Of a stretch of 64,000 bases of DNA, positions 1 to 14,341 are shown one piece after another (positions within the stretch are counted from its first letter, which is position 1; each line of letters opens with the position of its first letter). Source of the stretch: a bacterium (lineage in GTDB: Bacteria; Zhuqueibacterota; Zhuqueibacteria; Oceanimicrobiales; Oceanimicrobiaceae); assembly GCA_046758765.1 (NCBI GenBank), contig JBHIAW010000001.1:13557-77556 (forward strand), given 5' to 3'. Under the pieces are notes generated by a model that was not told where the DNA came from, searched no databases, and saw only the letters and a program-made list of their open reading frames with translations. Position numbers and translations under genes: made by a program.

Positions 1-3000
1 AACAAATTGTTTATTTGGGCAACATACCGTATATGACTCATCGGGGCACATTTATTATTAACGGTGCAGAAAGAATTGTTGTGAGTCAATTGCATCGTTC
101 CCCAGGGGTGTTTTTTGATGAACTGCTGCATCCTAATGGGACAAAGATTTATTCTGCCAGGATCATACCACTGCGGGGCTCTTGGGTTGAATTCACCACA
201 GACATTAACGACGTTATGTATGTCTACATCGATCGTCGTAAGAAATTCCCGGTTACCACTCTATTACGTGCTTTGGGATATTCATCCGACAAGGATCTGC
301 TGGAACTTTTCGATTTGATTGAAGAAGTTAAGGTGAGCGATCCCAATATTACTGAATATATTGGACGGAGCTCCGTCATAGATGTAATCGACAAAGAGAC
401 CGGTGAGTTACTCCTCGATAAAGATTCACAATTGAACGACGAAGCCCTAGCGCGAATCAAGAAATCGGATATTGAGACTTTAAAATTTCTTAAACCAGAC
501 GGCATTTTGGGACCTGAGGTGATCAGCAATACCCTACGAAAGGATACTTCCAAATCTGAAGAAGATGCTTTGGAAGCTATTTATCGCCACTTAAGGTCTG
601 GTGAAGCGCCTGATCTTGAGACAGCGAGAAGCTTGATTGATCGACTGTTTTTTAATCCAAAAAGATATGATTTAGGTAATGTTGGCCGCTATCGAGTCAA
701 TAAAAAGCTTGGTCTGAATATCCCTCTTGAAACTACAGTCTTAACTCGGGAGGATATCATCACCATTATTAAATATCTCCTAGAATTAAGGGTTGGTCGG
801 AAGAGTGCGGACGATATCGATCATTTGGGAAATAGAAGAATTCGTACCGTAGGGGAACAGCTTTCGGCGCAGATGACTCTGGGTCTCTCGAGAATGGCGC
901 GCACCATCAAAGAAAGAATGAATTTGCGAGACAGCGAAAATCTCACGCCGCAGGACTTGGTAAATGCTCGAACGATTTTTTCTGTGATAAATACATTTTT
1001 TGGTACAAGCCAGCTTTCTCAATTTATGGATCAAACCAATCCGCTGGCTGAGTTAACACATAAACGGAGGCTCTCTGCATTAGGACCAGGGGGTTTAACA
1101 AGGGAACGGGCTGGTTTTGAAGTTCGTGATGTACATTACACCCACTATGGGCGTCTTTGTCCTATTGAAACTCCTGAGGGGCCCAATATTGGTTTGATTT
1201 CTTCGTTAACGACTTTTGCGCGGATTAACAATTTCGGATTTATTGAGACGCCTTATCGAACGGCTAAAAATGGGCGGGTGGGAAATAATATTGAATATCT
1301 CTCCGCGGATGATGAAGATCAGTACGTAATTGCTCAAGCCAATGCGCCAATCGATGAGAAAGGTCGTTTCATTCGAGACAGAGTAAAGTCAAGGTATAGA
1401 GGCGATTTTCCAGTTGTGCCACCTTCTGAAGTCGATTACATGGACGTGTCACCAAATCAGATAGTTTCTGCCGCTGCCTGTTTAATTCCATTTCTGGAGC
1501 ACGACGATGCCAACCGTGCTCTGATGGGTTCTAATATGCAGCGTCAGGCAGTGCCATTGCTTCGAACAGAAGCCCCTCTTGTGGGGACAGGGATGGAATT
1601 CAAAGTAGCGAAAGATTCACGCGCAATGGTTATTTCTAATGTAAATGGCGAAGCCGAAAAAGTTAGTTCAACTGAAGTTGTTATTAAAAAGGATATCGAG
1701 GAGGTCGATAAATTAGATCTCGATTCGCTGCTGAATTTTGATGAATCGGATAGGGTTAGTTTCAATTTAATTAAATTTGCTCGAACCAACCAAGACACTT
1801 GCATAAATCAGCGCCCCTTGGTTGAAGTAGGACAAAAAGTCAAGAAGGGAGACGTATTGGCCGATGGCTGCGCGACTGATGGTGGTCAATTAGCATTAGG
1901 CAGAAATGTTTTGGTTGCCTACATGCCTTGGCGTGGTTATAATTTTGAAGATGCGATAGTCATTTCAGAAAGGATGGTTCAGGAAGATATCTTCACCTCC
2001 GTTCACATCGAAGAATTTGAGCTTCAAGTGCGTGATACTAAGCGGGGAGAAGAAGAGCTAACGAGAGAAATTCCAAATGTTAGTGAAGAAACTACTAAAG
2101 ATTTAGATGAAAATGGAATTATTCGGGTCGGGGCAGAAGTGCAAGCGGGTGATATTTTGGTGGGAAAGGTGACACCAAAGGGCGAAACCGACCCAACCCC
2201 AGAGGAGAAACTGCTTAAAGCTATTTTCGGTGAAAAAGCGGGCGATGTCAAGGATGCTTCATTAAAGGCCCCACCCGGTATGAAGGGGGTAGTCATCGAC
2301 ACAAAGTTATTTGCCCGTAAGAAAAAAGACCCTAAAACTAAAAAACGGGACAAGAAAAATCTCGATGAATTGCAGCAGTGGTACAATTCCGAGTTAAAAA
2401 GGGTCAAAAAACTTAGAGATGAAAAATTAATAACGGTTCTGAAGAACCAGGTATCTAATTCCATTCGTGATAAAAATAGTGGCAGAGTCTTAGTACGTGC
2501 TGGCACCTTACTTACGCGTGAAAAACTCCAAGAACTAAATTTCGAAGCAATAGACTATTCCAGCAGCGTTTGTGATAAGAAAAAGGTCAACGAAGTGGTT
2601 GATCTTATTTGGAATGCTTACAACAATAAGCTCAATGAAATTGAGGAAGATTTTGAAAATAGAAAGTTCAAGATAGTCGTTGGCGATGAATTACCCCCTG
2701 GCATTGTTCAATTGGCAAAAGTTTACGTGGCCAAGAAAAGAAAACTAATGGTGGGGGATAAGATGGCTGGAAGACATGGCAACAAGGGGGTCGTCGCCAA
2801 AATTGTCCCGGTTGAAGATATGCCGTATTTACCGGATGGAACTCCAGTTGATATTGTCCTAAATCCTTTAGGTGTTCCCTCAAGAATGAACTTGGGTCAG
2901 ATTTTAGAAGCGAATCTCGGGTGGGCCGCAGAAATCTTGAAAACACAGTATGCTTCTGCGGTGTTCGATGGTGCGACCTATGAAGAAATTGAAGAAGAGA

Positions 3001-3449
3001 TGCAGAAAGCAGGACTCCCCGCAGATGGCAAAACAACACTATATGATGGAAGAACGGGCGAACCTTTTGATAACCCGGTGACGGTTGGCTATATCTATAT
3101 GATGAAATTGTCCCACTTAGTTGAGGACAAAATCCATGCCCGCTCAATTGGACCATATTCATTAATAACGCAACAGCCCCTTGGCGGAAAAGCTCAATTT
3201 GGAGGTCAGCGGTTTGGTGAAATGGAAGTCTGGGCGTTGGAAGCCTACGGGGCGGCCCATACATTACAGGAAATTCTAACTGTTAAATCTGACGATGTGA
3301 GAGGACGGTCTAAGGTCTATGAGGCCATCGTAAAAGGGGAGAACTTACCAGAACCTGGTCTACCTGAATCTTTTAACGTATTGATTCGAGAATTGCAGGG
3401 CTTAGGGCTTGATGTGGAACTATTAGATCAAAAAGATGGGAAGAAATAA
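1..3449 (+). CDS. rpoB: DNA-directed RNA polymerase subunit beta, 5'-truncated at window edge (frame continues from position 3)
   Basis: ORF 15..3449 translates to ...[33 protein letters not shown]..., matching the conserved beta-subunit region ~130 aa from the N-terminus. No start codon in window. Confidence 0.95.
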   Translation, partial: QIVYLGNIPYMTHRGTFIINGAERIVVSQLHRSPGVFFDELLHPNGTKIYSARIIPLRGSWVEFTTDINDVMYVYIDRRKKFPVTTLLRALGYSSDKDLLELFDLIEEVKVSDPNITEYIGRSSVIDVIDKETGELLLDKDSQLNDEALARIKKSDIETLKFLKPDGILGPEVISNTLRKDTSKSEEDALEAIYRHLRSGEAPDLETARSLIDRLFFNPKRYDLGNVGRYRVNKKLGLNIPLETTVLTREDIITIIKYLLELRVGRKSADDIDHLGNRRIRTVGEQLSAQMTLGLSRMARTIKERMNLRDSENLTPQDLVNARTIFSVINTFFGTSQLSQFMDQTNPLAELTHKRRLSALGPGGLTRERAGFEVRDVHYTHYGRLCPIETPEGPNIGLISSLTTFARINNFGFIETPYRTAKNGRVGNNIEYLSADDEDQYVIAQANAPIDEKGRFIRDRVKSRYRGDFPVVPPSEVDYMDVSPNQIVSAAACLIPFLEHDDANRALMGSNMQRQAVPLLRTEAPLVGTGMEFKVAKDSRAMVISNVNGEAEKVSSTEVVIKKDIEEVDKLDLDSLLNFDESDRVSFNLIKFARTNQDTCINQRPLVEVGQKVKKGDVLADGCATDGGQLALGRNVLVAYMPWRGYNFEDAIVISERMVQEDIFTSVHIEEFELQVRDTKRGEEELTREIPNVSEETTKDLDENGIIRVGAEVQAGDILVGKVTPKGETDPTPEEKLLKAIFGEKAGDVKDASLKAPPGMKGVVIDTKLFARKKKDPKTKKRDKKNLDELQQWYNSELKRVKKLRDEKLITVLKNQVSNSIRDKNSGRVLVRAGTLLTREKLQELNFEAIDYSSSVCDKKKVNEVVDLIWNAYNNKLNEIEEDFENRKFKIVVGDELPPGIVQLAKVYVAKKRKLMVGDKMAGRHGNKGVVAKIVPVEDMPYLPDGTPVDIVLNPLGVPSRMNLGQILEANLGWAAEILKTQYASAVFDGATYEEIEEEMQKAGLPADGKTTLYDGRTGEPFDNPVTVGYIYMMKLSHLVEDKIHARSIGPYSLITQQPLGGKAQFGGQRFGEMEVWALEAYGAAHTLQEILTVKSDDVRGRSKVYEAIVKGENLPEPGLPESFNVLIRELQGLGLDVELLDQKDGKK

Positions 3450-3504
3450 ATAAATGACAAAAACATTATCCTAATGTCACCAATCCTAAATAGGAGGTGC
3501 CACC

Positions 3505-6500
3505 TTGGCTTATTTCGGCAGACAAGAAAGTACAAATAAACAATCATTTGATGCCATTTCTATTAGTTTGGCGTCTTCGGACAAGATCCTTGAACGGTCT
3601 TATGGAGAGGTCACAAAGCCTGAAACCATAAATTACCGCTCCTTTAAACCAGAAAAGGATGGATTGTTTTGCGAGAAAATTTTTGGTCCCGTTCGCGATT
3701 GGGAGTGTCACTGCGGAAAATATAAGCGGATTCGGTATAAGGGCATTATCTGTGATAGATGCGGTGTCGAAGTTACAAATAAGAGCGTCAGAAGAGAGAG
3801 AATGGGTCACATTTCTCTGGCCGTGCCCGTGGTGCACATTTGGTTCTGGAAATCCCTACCCTCAAAGATTGGTTACATTTTGGGTATTAGTGTTAAGGAT
3901 TTGGAGCGGGTCATTTATTATGAATCCTATGTTGTTATCGAACCAGGTAACAGCGGGCTCAAAGCAAAAGAGCTCATTAGTGAAGAAGAATATTTTAGGA
4001 TAATAAGCGAATTCTCGGAGCTGGCTGAGGAAGGCGACCACGAAGAAAGCAAAGCATTTGTGGCCAAAATAGGAGGAGAAGCGATATTAGAGTTGCTGAG
4101 GCGGACAGATATCCAAGAGCTCTCAACTGCACTGCGACGTCAGGCCAAAGAAGAAACTTCGTTTCAGAGAAAAAGCGAAGCCTTAAAGCGACTCAGAGTC
4201 ATCGAGGCGTTTAAGAGGAGTACAAACCGTCCTGAATGGATGGTGCTTTCCGTGGTTCCAGTTATTCCGCCGGAGCTTCGGCCTTTAGTGCCATTGGAAG
4301 GCGGGCGTTTCGCAACTAGTGATTTAAACGACTTATACCGTAGAGTCATTATTAGAAACAACCGGCTGAAAAAATTGATGGAGATCAAAGCTCCTGAAGT
4401 AATTCTTAGAAATGAGAAACGAATGCTTCAGGAGGCAGTTGATGCTTTGTTTGATAATGGCAGAAAATCGGCCGCCGTTCGAGGAGATGGCAATCGGCCA
4501 CTAAAATCCCTGTCTGATATGCTCAGGGGCAAACAGGGGAGATTTCGTCAAAATTTATTAGGTAAACGTATTGACTACTCTGGACGTTCGGTAATTGTTG
4601 TGGGACCAGAGCTCAAACTCCACGAATGCGGCCTGCCAAAGGAAATGGCTTTGGAGCTGTTCAAACCTTTTGTTATTAGGAAGCTCGTGGCACGTGGGAT
4701 GGTAAAGACAGTCAAGAGTGCCAAAAAGTTGGTAGACAGACGTGGCCCTGAGGTTTGGGATATTTTGGAAGAGATTATCGATGATCACCCTGTTCTACTA
4801 AACCGGGCCCCGACCCTCCACCGATTAGGAATTCAAGCTTTTCAGCCCATTCTCGTGGAAGGCAAGGCTATTCAGATTCACCCCTTGGTGTGTGCGGCTT
4901 TTAATGCGGATTTCGACGGTGATCAAATGGCGGTGCATGTTCCTCTTTCATATTATTCCCAAATTGAAACTCGTTTACTGATGCTGTCAAGTCATAATAT
5001 ACTATCTCCAGCAAACGGAAGGCCTTTGGCTATTCCCAGTCAGGATATTGTACTAGGAATTTATTATTTGACCAAAATGAAAGCAGGCGGAAAGGGCGAG
5101 GGTTTGGTGTTTTTTTCTCCGGAGGAGGTTTTAATTGCCTACAATAATGGCAAAGTAGGGCTCCACACAAAGATTAAGGTCCGGATAAGTGACAATATCA
5201 TCGAGACCACCACTGGACGAGTTATTCTTAATGAGGTGGTCCCCAGCGAAATTGGCTTTGTAAACGAGCTGTTAACTAAGCGTCGTATGGAAGAAATTGT
5301 TGCGGATGTGTACAAGAAGTTAGGAAATTATCAATGTGCCTTATTTCTTGATCGGCTTAAGCAGTTAGGATTCTACTATGCCATGAAATCTGGAGTGACA
5401 GTTGGGATAGAGGACGTGAGCATTCCTGAGGAAAAAGAATCACTTTTACAAGACGCAACCAAAATGGTGAACACCATCCAAAATCAATATGAAAAAGGTG
5501 TTATCACCGACGGTGAAAGATACAATAAAATTATCGACATTTGGACCCATACGACCAGTGATGTTGCTGAAAAAATGTTCACACATCTAGAAAAAGAGCG
5601 TAACGGTTTCAATCCAATTTATATGATGGCTGATTCCGGGGCTCGAGGATCAAAAGAGCAAATTAGACAGTTAGCGGGAATGCGTGGGCTAATGGCTAAA
5701 CCCCAAAAGAAAATGACTGGTCAAATGGGTGAGATTATTGAGGATCCTATTACTTCAAATTTCAAAGAGGGTCTTACTGTATTAGAATATTTTATTTCGA
5801 CTCATGGTGCTAGGAAGGGTTTAGCTGACACAGCCTTGAAAACCGCTGATGCAGGTTATCTGACAAGACGGTTGGTGGATGTGGCACAAGATGTGATCGT
5901 TACTTCGGAAGACTGTAATACGATATTAGGCATCCGCATAGGCGATCTAAAAGAGGGCGAGGAAGTCATTGAACCACTACGCGACCGGATATTAGGTCGC
6001 GTAGCTGCTGAGGATGTCTTTGACCCCGAATCCCAAGAAGTTATCGTGTCTGCCGGCACTCTGATTGACGAAGAAATGGCTGATCGAATTTCTGATAGCG
6101 GGATAGAAACAGTCCGCATTCGTTCGGTTCTAACTTGTGAATCAAAACGTGGGGTTTGTGCTAAGTGTTATGGTCGAAATATGGCAACTGCTGCGATGGT
6201 TCATATTGGCGAGGCAGTTGGGGTCATGGCTGCTCAGTCTATTGGCGAACCTGGCACACAGTTGACTTTAAGAACGTTCCATATTGGAGGCACGGCTTCA
6301 CGAATCGCAGCTCAATCTCAAGTGGTCGCCAGAAATGATGGCAAGGTAAACTTTGAAAATCTGAAGGTTGTAAAACACTCAGATGGTTCCATGGTGGCCA
6401 TAGGTAGAAATGGTAAAGTAAAAATCGTTGACGAAAACAATCGAGTAATCGCACAATATGTTGTGCCCTATGGTGCTCAACTGATGGTTAATAAAGACAA

Positions 6501-7731
6501 AATGGTTGAGCAAGGACAAGTCGTCTTTCAATGGGACCCCTACACTACGAGTATACTCTCCAATCACAATGGGGTCGTAAAATATAAGGACCTGAGGGAT
6601 AAAGTTACCTTCCGCGAAGAACTTGATGAAACCACAGGACTTAAGCAACGAGTCATCATTGAAACTCGAAACCGTAATTTAAACCCGCAGATCAATATTG
6701 TTAAAGATGGGAAAGTACTGAGTAGCTACCTATTGCCCACTCGATCACATTTACAAGTGCATGAGGGACAAGAAGTCACTGCTGGGGACGTTCTGGTTAA
6801 GATACCAAGGGAGATCGCCAAGACTCGCGATATTACTGGTGGTCTACCGAGGGTGGCGGAGCTGTTCGAGGCTCGGAGACCCAAGGAACCTGCCATTGTC
6901 AGCGAGATTGATGGTAACGTAAGATTTGGTGAAATTCGTCGAGGTATTCGCAAAATAATTGTGACCTCCAAGGATGCTCAAGAAGAGAAAGTATATCTCA
7001 TTCCTTATGGAAAGCACGTGCTCGTTCATGAAGGTGACTATGTTCAAGCAGGTGAAAAGCTATGTGAAGGTAGTATAGCTCCTGAAGATATTTTGAATAT
7101 TATGGGACCAAATAAAGTTCAGGAATATCTAGTTAACGAAATTCAAGAGGTTTACCGTCTGCAGGGTGTTCGTATCAATGACAAGCATATTGAAGTTATC
7201 GTTCGACAAATGCTTCAGAAAGTAAAAGTGGAAGACCCGGGCGACACCATGTATTTAGAAGGTGATCAGGTAGATAAAATCACATTTTTAGGAGAAAATG
7301 AGAAGATACGAAACAAGGTCGTGGTAACCGACGCTGGCGATTCCAAATTTAGGGTGCACGAATTGGTTGATCAGGAAGAATTTGAAAAACAGAATGAAAA
7401 ACTTAAGGAAGCTGGTAAAACGCCTGCATCTTCCAGAGCCACACAACCTGCAACATTTCAGCCGTTACTGCTGGGTATAACCAAGGCCTCTTTGACTACG
7501 GAAAGTTTCATCTCGGCAGCGTCATTTCAGGAAACTACACGGGTTCTAACAGATGCTTCTATTGAAGGTAAAGTTGATAAACTCCATGGTTTGAAAGAGA
7601 ATGTGATTATGGGACACCTCATTCCGGCGGGAACAGGGTTAGTAAAGTTTAAGAGTATCCGAGTTTCCTCTAAATCAGAAGAGGAGGAAGAAGCTGGTTT
7701 AGAAAAGGAATATCAGACCGCCGTGGGTTAA
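3505..7731 (+). CDS. rpoC: DNA-directed RNA polymerase subunit beta' (TTG start; RBS AGGAGGTG 7 nt upstream)
   Basis: 1408 aa. N-terminus [38 protein letters not shown] with Zn-binding cysteines; NADFDGD catalytic motif present. Confidence 0.97.
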   Translation: MAYFGRQESTNKQSFDAISISLASSDKILERSYGEVTKPETINYRSFKPEKDGLFCEKIFGPVRDWECHCGKYKRIRYKGIICDRCGVEVTNKSVRRERMGHISLAVPVVHIWFWKSLPSKIGYILGISVKDLERVIYYESYVVIEPGNSGLKAKELISEEEYFRIISEFSELAEEGDHEESKAFVAKIGGEAILELLRRTDIQELSTALRRQAKEETSFQRKSEALKRLRVIEAFKRSTNRPEWMVLSVVPVIPPELRPLVPLEGGRFATSDLNDLYRRVIIRNNRLKKLMEIKAPEVILRNEKRMLQEAVDALFDNGRKSAAVRGDGNRPLKSLSDMLRGKQGRFRQNLLGKRIDYSGRSVIVVGPELKLHECGLPKEMALELFKPFVIRKLVARGMVKTVKSAKKLVDRRGPEVWDILEEIIDDHPVLLNRAPTLHRLGIQAFQPILVEGKAIQIHPLVCAAFNADFDGDQMAVHVPLSYYSQIETRLLMLSSHNILSPANGRPLAIPSQDIVLGIYYLTKMKAGGKGEGLVFFSPEEVLIAYNNGKVGLHTKIKVRISDNIIETTTGRVILNEVVPSEIGFVNELLTKRRMEEIVADVYKKLGNYQCALFLDRLKQLGFYYAMKSGVTVGIEDVSIPEEKESLLQDATKMVNTIQNQYEKGVITDGERYNKIIDIWTHTTSDVAEKMFTHLEKERNGFNPIYMMADSGARGSKEQIRQLAGMRGLMAKPQKKMTGQMGEIIEDPITSNFKEGLTVLEYFISTHGARKGLADTALKTADAGYLTRRLVDVAQDVIVTSEDCNTILGIRIGDLKEGEEVIEPLRDRILGRVAAEDVFDPESQEVIVSAGTLIDEEMADRISDSGIETVRIRSVLTCESKRGVCAKCYGRNMATAAMVHIGEAVGVMAAQSIGEPGTQLTLRTFHIGGTASRIAAQSQVVARNDGKVNFENLKVVKHSDGSMVAIGRNGKVKIVDENNRVIAQYVVPYGAQLMVNKDKMVEQGQVVFQWDPYTTSILSNHNGVVKYKDLRDKVTFREELDETTGLKQRVIIETRNRNLNPQINIVKDGKVLSSYLLPTRSHLQVHEGQEVTAGDVLVKIPREIAKTRDITGGLPRVAELFEARRPKEPAIVSEIDGNVRFGEIRRGIRKIIVTSKDAQEEKVYLIPYGKHVLVHEGDYVQAGEKLCEGSIAPEDILNIMGPNKVQEYLVNEIQEVYRLQGVRINDKHIEVIVRQMLQKVKVEDPGDTMYLEGDQVDKITFLGENEKIRNKVVVTDAGDSKFRVHELVDQEEFEKQNEKLKEAGKTPASSRATQPATFQPLLLGITKASLTTESFISAASFQETTRVLTDASIEGKVDKLHGLKENVIMGHLIPAGTGLVKFKSIRVSSKSEEEEEAGLEKEYQTAVG

Positions 7732-7795
7732 TTGATCATGCGCTTGCTTAGGCTTTATTAAGTATTGAAAAAAAACCAAATATTGTAGAAAATAG

Positions 7796-7824
7796 TTGCA
7801 TTTTTGATATACATTATCTATATT
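7796..7824 (+). promoter_or_regulatory. Putative sigma-70 promoter for rpsL (TTGCAT-17-TATATT)
   Basis: -35 at 7796-7801, 17-nt spacer, -10 at 7819-7824, ~28 nt upstream of the rpsL start. Confidence 0.5.
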
Positions 7825-7851
7825 AGACGCTTGTAATTTCAGGGAGAAAGA

Positions 7852-8223
7852 TTGCCGACAATAAATCAATTAGTAAGATTAGGGAGAAAAGAAGTTACAA
7901 AAAAAACAGCCGCTCCGGCTTTGACAGGTTCGCCCCAGCGGCGTGGGGTGTGTACCAGAGTGTATACAACAACTCCCAAAAAGCCAAATTCAGCTTTGAG
8001 AAAAGTAGCAAGGGTTCGGCTTACCAACGGATTCGAGGTTACGGCCTACATTCCGGGAGAAGGTCATAACCTTCAAGAACACTCGATTGTTCTAATAAGA
8101 GGTGGTAGAGTTAAAGACCTCCCTGGGGTCAGATACCACGTAGTGCGGGGCGTCTATGATACTAGTGGGGTTCAAGACCGAAATCAAGGTCGTTCTAAAT
8201 ATGGCACTAAGAGGAGAAGTTGA
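7852..8223 (+). CDS. rpsL: 30S ribosomal protein S12 (TTG start)
   Basis: Universal N-terminus (M)PTINQLVR; 123 aa; RBS AGGGAGAAAG upstream. Confidence 0.95.
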   Translation: MPTINQLVRLGRKEVTKKTAAPALTGSPQRRGVCTRVYTTTPKKPNSALRKVARVRLTNGFEVTAYIPGEGHNLQEHSIVLIRGGRVKDLPGVRYHVVRGVYDTSGVQDRNQGRSKYGTKRRS

Positions 8224-8706
<483 letters not shown>

Positions 8707-8770
8707 TCAATATGAACGGCCTTGGCCAAAATTAAGGCGGTTGGGCATCACTTACAACTAACAAATCAAG

Positions 8771-8800
8771 AGGGAAGCGGAGTTAAATACTTCCCTTTTT
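8771..8800 (+). terminator. Hairpin + T-run in the 210-bp rpsG-fusA spacer (possible attenuator/partial terminator)
   Basis: agggaag-12 nt-cttccct followed by tttt. Confidence 0.4.
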
Positions 8801-8935
8801 CATGCATAAAAAGCATGGGAAAATGAATAAGAAAAGGCATTAAGAGATAACCTAGTACTCACTAAATTCTCTCCACGTTTGTAGAGGGAAAATCTGCGCT
8901 AGGTTTTCTCTCTAATGAAATTGTGGAGTTTTTTT

Positions 8936-11017
8936 ATGTCAAGACAACATTCACTACAAGAAACTAGAAATATTGGAATAATGGCCCACATTGATGCGGG
9001 CAAAACAACGACTACAGAACGAATTCTGTATTACGCGGGAAAAATCCATCGCATGGGTGAAGTCCATGATGGCGCAGCCACAATGGATTGGATGGAACAA
9101 GAAAAGGAACGAGGTATAACTATCACTTCGGCTGCGATAACCTGCTTCTGGAAAAATCATCGGATAAACATAATTGATACCCCTGGTCATGTTGATTTTA
9201 CGGTTGAAGTTGAGAGGTCTCTTAGAGTTTTGGATGGGGCTATTGCACTTTTCTGTGCCGTAGGCGGCGTTGAACCCCAGTCGGAAACAGTTTGGCGGCA
9301 AGCCGATAAATATCAGATTCCACGGATAGCTTTTATCAATAAAATGGACCGCGTGGGTTCAGATTTTTATGGCGTGCTTGATATGATTAACGAGAGGTTA
9401 GGTGCCAATGTTGTTCCGATACAAATCCCAATTGGTGAAGGTGATATGTTTACTGGTCTAATAGACCTGGTTCGCATGAAAGCTGTTATGTATCACGAAC
9501 ACAGTTTGGGCTCCACATGGGATGAAATCGAAATTCCTCAAGATTTACAAGAAAAGGCATCTACCTATCGAACGAAATTATTAGAATCCATTTCAGAATA
9601 TGATGATTCCTTGCTTGAAAAATACGTTGAAGGCCATCAAATCGACGAAATAGACATTATCAAGGCAATTCGAAAAGCAACCCTCAATGTCAGTATCACA
9701 CCAGTGTTGTTAGGTTCCGCATTCAAGAATAAAGGCATTCAAAGATTATTAGACGCTATAGTAAATTATCTTCCCTCCCCAGAAGACGTTCCTGAGGTTT
9801 TGGGCCATCACTCTAAGACCGAAGAGGTGATTTCACGAAAGCCAATGGACAGTGAACCCTTCTCTGCTTTGGCATTTAAAATCATGACAGACCCGTATGT
9901 GGGAAAGCTTATCTATTTTAGAGTTTATTCTGGTACAGCAAAAGCAGGGAGTTATATCTATAACTCAAACGCCAGGAAAAGAGAACGGTTGGGGCGAATC
10001 CTGCTCATGTCTGCCAACAAAAGGGAAGATATTCAAGAAGTGTTCACTGGTGATATTGTAGCGGCGGTTGGACTGAAACACACCAAAACAGGAGATACTC
10101 TGTGTGTAGAGAATAAACCCATAGTTCTTGAATCCATGCACTTCCCGGAACCTGTGATCGCGGTGGCGATCGAGCCAAAAACTAAAGCGGATCAGGACAA
10201 GCTCGGTCGTTCATTGAACAAATTGGCTGAAGAAGACCCGACATTTCAAATAAAGGCCAATGAGGAGACTGGACAGACAATTATATATGGTATGGGAGAG
10301 TTGCACTTAGAAATTTTAGTGGATCGACTTCTACGTGAATTCAAAGTAGGTGCCAGTGTCGGTAGACCACAAGTTGCTTACAAAGAGGCAATTACCAAAA
10401 AGGCTCGAGCTGAAGGAAAGTTCATTAGACAAAGCGGCGGTAGAGGTCAGTATGGTCATGTGGTCATTGAAATTGAACCCTCTGAACAAGCTAAGGGACT
10501 GGAGTTTGTTAATAAAATTGTAGGCGGTACGATTCCTAAGGAGTTTATTAATCCAATAGCCGAAGGGGTCAAAGATGCCATGTCAAATGGGGTCTTAGCT
10601 GGTTATCCACTTATTGATATAAAAGTAACGCTGCTTGATGGTTCTTATCATGACGTTGATTCATCTGAAATGGCATTTAAGATTGCCGGCTCTATTGCAC
10701 TAAAAAATGCAGCCTTAAAAGCCGGTCCTGTGCTGATGGAACCCGTAATGGACGTTGAGGTTGTAGTTCCAGAGGATTATTTGGGAGATGTTATGGGGGA
10801 TTTAAACAGTCGTCGTGGCAAAATACGAGGTATTTTTCCACGTAAAGATGCCCAAGTGGTAACGGCAACGGTCCCGTTAAGCGAGATGTTTGGTTATGCC
10901 ACGACTTTGCGTTCATTGTCTCAAGGCCGTGCGATCTATACTATGCAATTTTCGAAATATGAATTAGCACCGCAATCTGTTTCAGAAAAAATAATGGAAA
11001 GAGCACCTGCAATTTAA
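8936..11017 (+). CDS. fusA: Elongation factor G
   Basis: [22 protein letters not shown]-domain. ATG at 8936 (GGAG 6 nt upstream) preferred over the longer ORF from 8915. Confidence 0.93.
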   Translation: MSRQHSLQETRNIGIMAHIDAGKTTTTERILYYAGKIHRMGEVHDGAATMDWMEQEKERGITITSAAITCFWKNHRINIIDTPGHVDFTVEVERSLRVLDGAIALFCAVGGVEPQSETVWRQADKYQIPRIAFINKMDRVGSDFYGVLDMINERLGANVVPIQIPIGEGDMFTGLIDLVRMKAVMYHEHSLGSTWDEIEIPQDLQEKASTYRTKLLESISEYDDSLLEKYVEGHQIDEIDIIKAIRKATLNVSITPVLLGSAFKNKGIQRLLDAIVNYLPSPEDVPEVLGHHSKTEEVISRKPMDSEPFSALAFKIMTDPYVGKLIYFRVYSGTAKAGSYIYNSNARKRERLGRILLMSANKREDIQEVFTGDIVAAVGLKHTKTGDTLCVENKPIVLESMHFPEPVIAVAIEPKTKADQDKLGRSLNKLAEEDPTFQIKANEETGQTIIYGMGELHLEILVDRLLREFKVGASVGRPQVAYKEAITKKARAEGKFIRQSGGRGQYGHVVIEIEPSEQAKGLEFVNKIVGGTIPKEFINPIAEGVKDAMSNGVLAGYPLIDIKVTLLDGSYHDVDSSEMAFKIAGSIALKNAALKAGPVLMEPVMDVEVVVPEDYLGDVMGDLNSRRGKIRGIFPRKDAQVVTATVPLSEMFGYATTLRSLSQGRAIYTMQFSKYELAPQSVSEKIMERAPAI

Positions 11018-11112
11018 TGTATGGTCATCATAAGATTTTTATGTTCAATTCGGTATTCATTACTAAGTACGTAATCGGATAAAGAAATTATCTTAACCTG
11101 GAGGAATTAATT

Positions 11113-12303
11113 ATGGCCAAGCAGAAATTCGAAAGAACCAAGCCCCACGTAAACGTTGGGACGATTGGACATGTTGATCATGGCAAAACAACCCTGACTT
11201 CAGCTATGACTATGCTTTTGAATAAAAAGGGATTGGCGGAATACCGTAGTTTTGATTCAATTGATAATGCTCCAGAAGAAAAGGCCAGAGGCATTACTAT
11301 CGCTACGGCTCATGTGGAGTATGAAACAGACAAACGCCATTATGCCCATGTAGATTGTCCTGGACATGCTGACTATGTGAAAAATATGATTACTGGAGCG
11401 GCTCAAATGGATGGCGCTATCTTAGTAGTCAGCGCAGCCGATGGACCCATGCCCCAGACCCGTGAGCACATATTGCTCGCGCGGCAGGTCGGTGTTCCTT
11501 ACATCGTAGTCTTCTTGAACAAGGTGGACATGGTAGATGATCCTGAGTTATTAGAGCTGGTGGAGCTAGAGCTTCGTGAGCTCTTAAGTCAGTACGAGTT
11601 CCCGGGTGATGAAATCCCGATTGTCAAAGGAAGCGCCTTGGAAGCGTTAACCAATCCCGAGGATAAGGAAAAAACCAAATCTATATTTGAGTTGATGGAA
11701 GCCGTGGACGAATATATCCCAACCCCAGTCCGTGAAAAAGACAAACCCTTTCTCATGCCCGTTGAAGATGTGTTCAGTATTACGGGTCGCGGCACCGTTG
11801 GTACCGGGAGAATAGAAAGAGGCCAAATAAAAACTGGTGACGAGGTTGAGATAGTAGGTTTGGGCGCCAAAAGAAAAAGTGTGGTTACCGGGGTTGAAAT
11901 GTTTCGTAAAACCTTGGATTACGGTGAAGCAGGGGATAATGTTGGGCTACTTCTTCGGGGAGTTGAAAAAGACGAATTAGAGAGGGGCATGGTCGTTGCC
12001 AAGCCAGGCAGCATTACACCCCACACTAAATTCAATGGTGAAGTTTATGTTCTGACCAAAGAAGAAGGTGGCCGCCATACGCCTTTCTTTAATGGGTATC
12101 GGCCCCAGTTCTATTTCCGGACAACTGATGTGACTGGCGTAATACAATTACCCGAAGGGGTTGAAATGGTCATGCCCGGGGATAATGTGAATATGGAAGT
12201 GGAACTAATAGCCCCGATCGCCATGGAAGAGGGTCTCCGGTTTGCTATTCGAGAGGGTGGTCATACGGTTGGAGCTGGAGTGGTAGCCAACATAATTGAG
12301 TAA
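11113..12303 (+). CDS. tuf: Elongation factor Tu
   Basis: 396 aa; [22 protein letters not shown] motifs. Confidence 0.97.
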   Translation: MAKQKFERTKPHVNVGTIGHVDHGKTTLTSAMTMLLNKKGLAEYRSFDSIDNAPEEKARGITIATAHVEYETDKRHYAHVDCPGHADYVKNMITGAAQMDGAILVVSAADGPMPQTREHILLARQVGVPYIVVFLNKVDMVDDPELLELVELELRELLSQYEFPGDEIPIVKGSALEALTNPEDKEKTKSIFELMEAVDEYIPTPVREKDKPFLMPVEDVFSITGRGTVGTGRIERGQIKTGDEVEIVGLGAKRKSVVTGVEMFRKTLDYGEAGDNVGLLLRGVEKDELERGMVVAKPGSITPHTKFNGEVYVLTKEEGGRHTPFFNGYRPQFYFRTTDVTGVIQLPEGVEMVMPGDNVNMEVELIAPIAMEEGLRFAIREGGHTVGAGVVANIIE

Positions 12304-12432
12304 CGTGTATAGTATCTTTTTCCTAATAGCCCTGAGGGCTATCTTATAATAGGTCATTAAGTCATATTTAAGTTACATGCCGGCGATGTTTGGGCGCTAA
12401 AGAGTAATCATTTTAACTGGGGTAACGAGTAA

Positions 12433-12741
12433 GTGGTTGGACAAAAAATTAGAATTAAACTGAAAGCATACGATCATCGGCTTATTGATAAGTCCACAGA
12501 TAAGATCATTAGAACTGCGAAAGCAACGGGTGCGGCGATCTCGGGCCCGGTGCCTTTACCGATAAAGCGTTCCCTGTACACCGTGCTGCGTTCGCCGCAC
12601 GTTGATAAGAAATCACGAGAGCAATTTGAAACTCGTATTCATAAGCGATTGATCGATATATTGAATTCAACTCCGAAAACTGTAGACGCCCTGATGAAGC
12701 TTGAGCTGCCTGCTGGCGTGGATGTTGAAATTAAGGTATAA
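12433..12741 (+). CDS. rpsJ: 30S ribosomal protein S10 (GTG start)
   Basis: [16 protein letters not shown] motif; first gene of S10 operon. Confidence 0.93.
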   Translation: MVGQKIRIKLKAYDHRLIDKSTDKIIRTAKATGAAISGPVPLPIKRSLYTVLRSPHVDKKSREQFETRIHKRLIDILNSTPKTVDALMKLELPAGVDVEIKV

Positions 12742-12761
12742 ACGAGGAATATTTGGCTTAA

Positions 12762-13382
12762 ATGAGCGGCATAATTGGTAGAAAAATCGGGATGACACGG
12801 ATATTTGATAGTCTTGGCAGAGATGTACCAGTAACGGTCATTCAAGCGGGTCCATGTGTTGTTACTCAAATAAAGACACAAGAGACTGACGGCTATGACG
12901 CTATTCAGGTTGGATTTGAGGATAAAAAGGACAAACATACCACTAAACCTGAAATGGGACATTTTACTAAAGCTGGGTTAAAGCCAAAACGCATTGTGAA
13001 AGAATTTCGGGGCTTTGCTGATGCCGAGTCTTTTAAACTCGGCGACCTGATTACGGTTGACCTCTTTACAGAGGGAGAGTTGGTTCGGGTTACAGGTTGG
13101 TCTAAAGGTAAAGGATTTCAAGGTGTTGTAAAGAGACACGGTTTTGCCGGGGGGCCGAAATCGCATGGGCAGAGCGATCGCTTACGTGCGCCCGGGTCAT
13201 TGGGACAATCTTCGTTCCCATCCCGCGTTTTCAAAGGCGTGAAGATGGCTGGAAGGATGGGACATGAAAAAGTTACTATTAAGAATAAAAGAGTTGTACG
13301 AGTTGATGCAGAAAAGAATATTATTATGGTTGAGGGAGGAGTCCCAGGGGCTAACAAAGGTTTAGTAATCATTAGGAAATGA
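12762..13382 (+). CDS. rplC: 50S ribosomal protein L3
   Basis: Order and sequence ([13 protein letters not shown]). Confidence 0.93.
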   Translation: MSGIIGRKIGMTRIFDSLGRDVPVTVIQAGPCVVTQIKTQETDGYDAIQVGFEDKKDKHTTKPEMGHFTKAGLKPKRIVKEFRGFADAESFKLGDLITVDLFTEGELVRVTGWSKGKGFQGVVKRHGFAGGPKSHGQSDRLRAPGSLGQSSFPSRVFKGVKMAGRMGHEKVTIKNKRVVRVDAEKNIIMVEGGVPGANKGLVIIRK

Positions 13383-14023
13383 GCGCTCCAAAGATGGAAG
13401 TACAAGTTTATAATCGAGATGGCAGTAGTTCTGGCAAAAAAGCCAAATTACCCAAGGAGATATTCGGAATTGAGCCGAATACTCACGCAATATATTTAGC
13501 TGTGAAAGCCTACAATGCTCATTCAAGACAAGGTACGGCTGCTACTAAGACTCGAAGCATGGTTAGAGGCGGCGGTAAAAAGCCTTGGCGGCAAAAAGGT
13601 CGTGGCGTCGCTCGTGCTGGCACTATCCGTTCTCCGTTATGGGTAGGTGGCGGGCGTGCTTTTGGTCCTCATCCTCGAGACTATTCTATGGGGCTTCCTA
13701 AAAAAGTCAATAGATTAGCAAGAATATCAGTTTATTCTGATAAGGCAAAAAATAACCGAATCACCCTGGTGGAAGATTTCAAATTAGAAAATCCAAAAAC
13801 AAGAGAAATGTTTAACATTTTACAGTCCATCGGAGTTGACAAACAAAAGACTCTTTTGATTCTTTCAGAATATGATCCTGTGATTTTGAGAGCGGGCCGT
13901 AATATTCCAAATTTACAGATAAAGGTTGCTGCGACAGAATCTACCTACGATTTGTTGAATTGTGATAGATTACTAATCCAGCAGGGTGCCATCGAGAAAA
14001 TTTCGGGAGCATTAAGAAAATGA
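13379..14023 (+). CDS. rplD: 50S ribosomal protein L4 (ATGA overlap with rplC)
   Basis: Order, size 214 aa. Confidence 0.9.
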   Translation: MSAPKMEVQVYNRDGSSSGKKAKLPKEIFGIEPNTHAIYLAVKAYNAHSRQGTAATKTRSMVRGGGKKPWRQKGRGVARAGTIRSPLWVGGGRAFGPHPRDYSMGLPKKVNRLARISVYSDKAKNNRITLVEDFKLENPKTREMFNILQSIGVDKQKTLLILSEYDPVILRAGRNIPNLQIKVAATESTYDLLNCDRLLIQQGAIEKISGALRK

Positions 14024-14328
14024 AGAGCTCAGAAACCATATTAATAAAACCGCTTCTGACGGAAAAAATGCTCCGGTTTCAGGAAGAAGCTCGCAAGTAT
14101 GCTTTTGAAGTAGCAAAAAAAGCCAATAAAATAGAAATAAAAAGGGCCGTTGAAAATAAATTTGGTGTTCTGGTTGAGAAGGTTCACACAACCAATGTCA
14201 AAGGTAAAAGTAAGCGTATGAACACCCGCCGAGGTTTGACACGTGGAAAGCGTTCGGATTGGAAAAAAGCCATTGTTACTCTTCGGGAAGGGCACAGTAT
14301 AGATTTTTTCCAAGGACAGCAAACGTAA
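14020..14328 (+). CDS. rplW: 50S ribosomal protein L23 (ATGA overlap)
   Basis: Order, size 102 aa. Confidence 0.9.
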   Translation: MKSSETILIKPLLTEKMLRFQEEARKYAFEVAKKANKIEIKRAVENKFGVLVEKVHTTNVKGKSKRMNTRRGLTRGKRSDWKKAIVTLREGHSIDFFQGQQT

Positions 14329-14341
14329 TTGAGAGAAAAGT

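Noticed and set aside
224-7047. Numerous 60-200-aa ORFs on the minus strand (and alternate + frames) inside rpoB and rpoC, e.g. 2668..3264(-), 3544..3837(-), 3659..4003(+)
   Set aside because: They overlap highly conserved RNA polymerase coding sequence on the opposite strand or frame. They are low-complexity, lack RBS/start context, and are typical six-frame noise.
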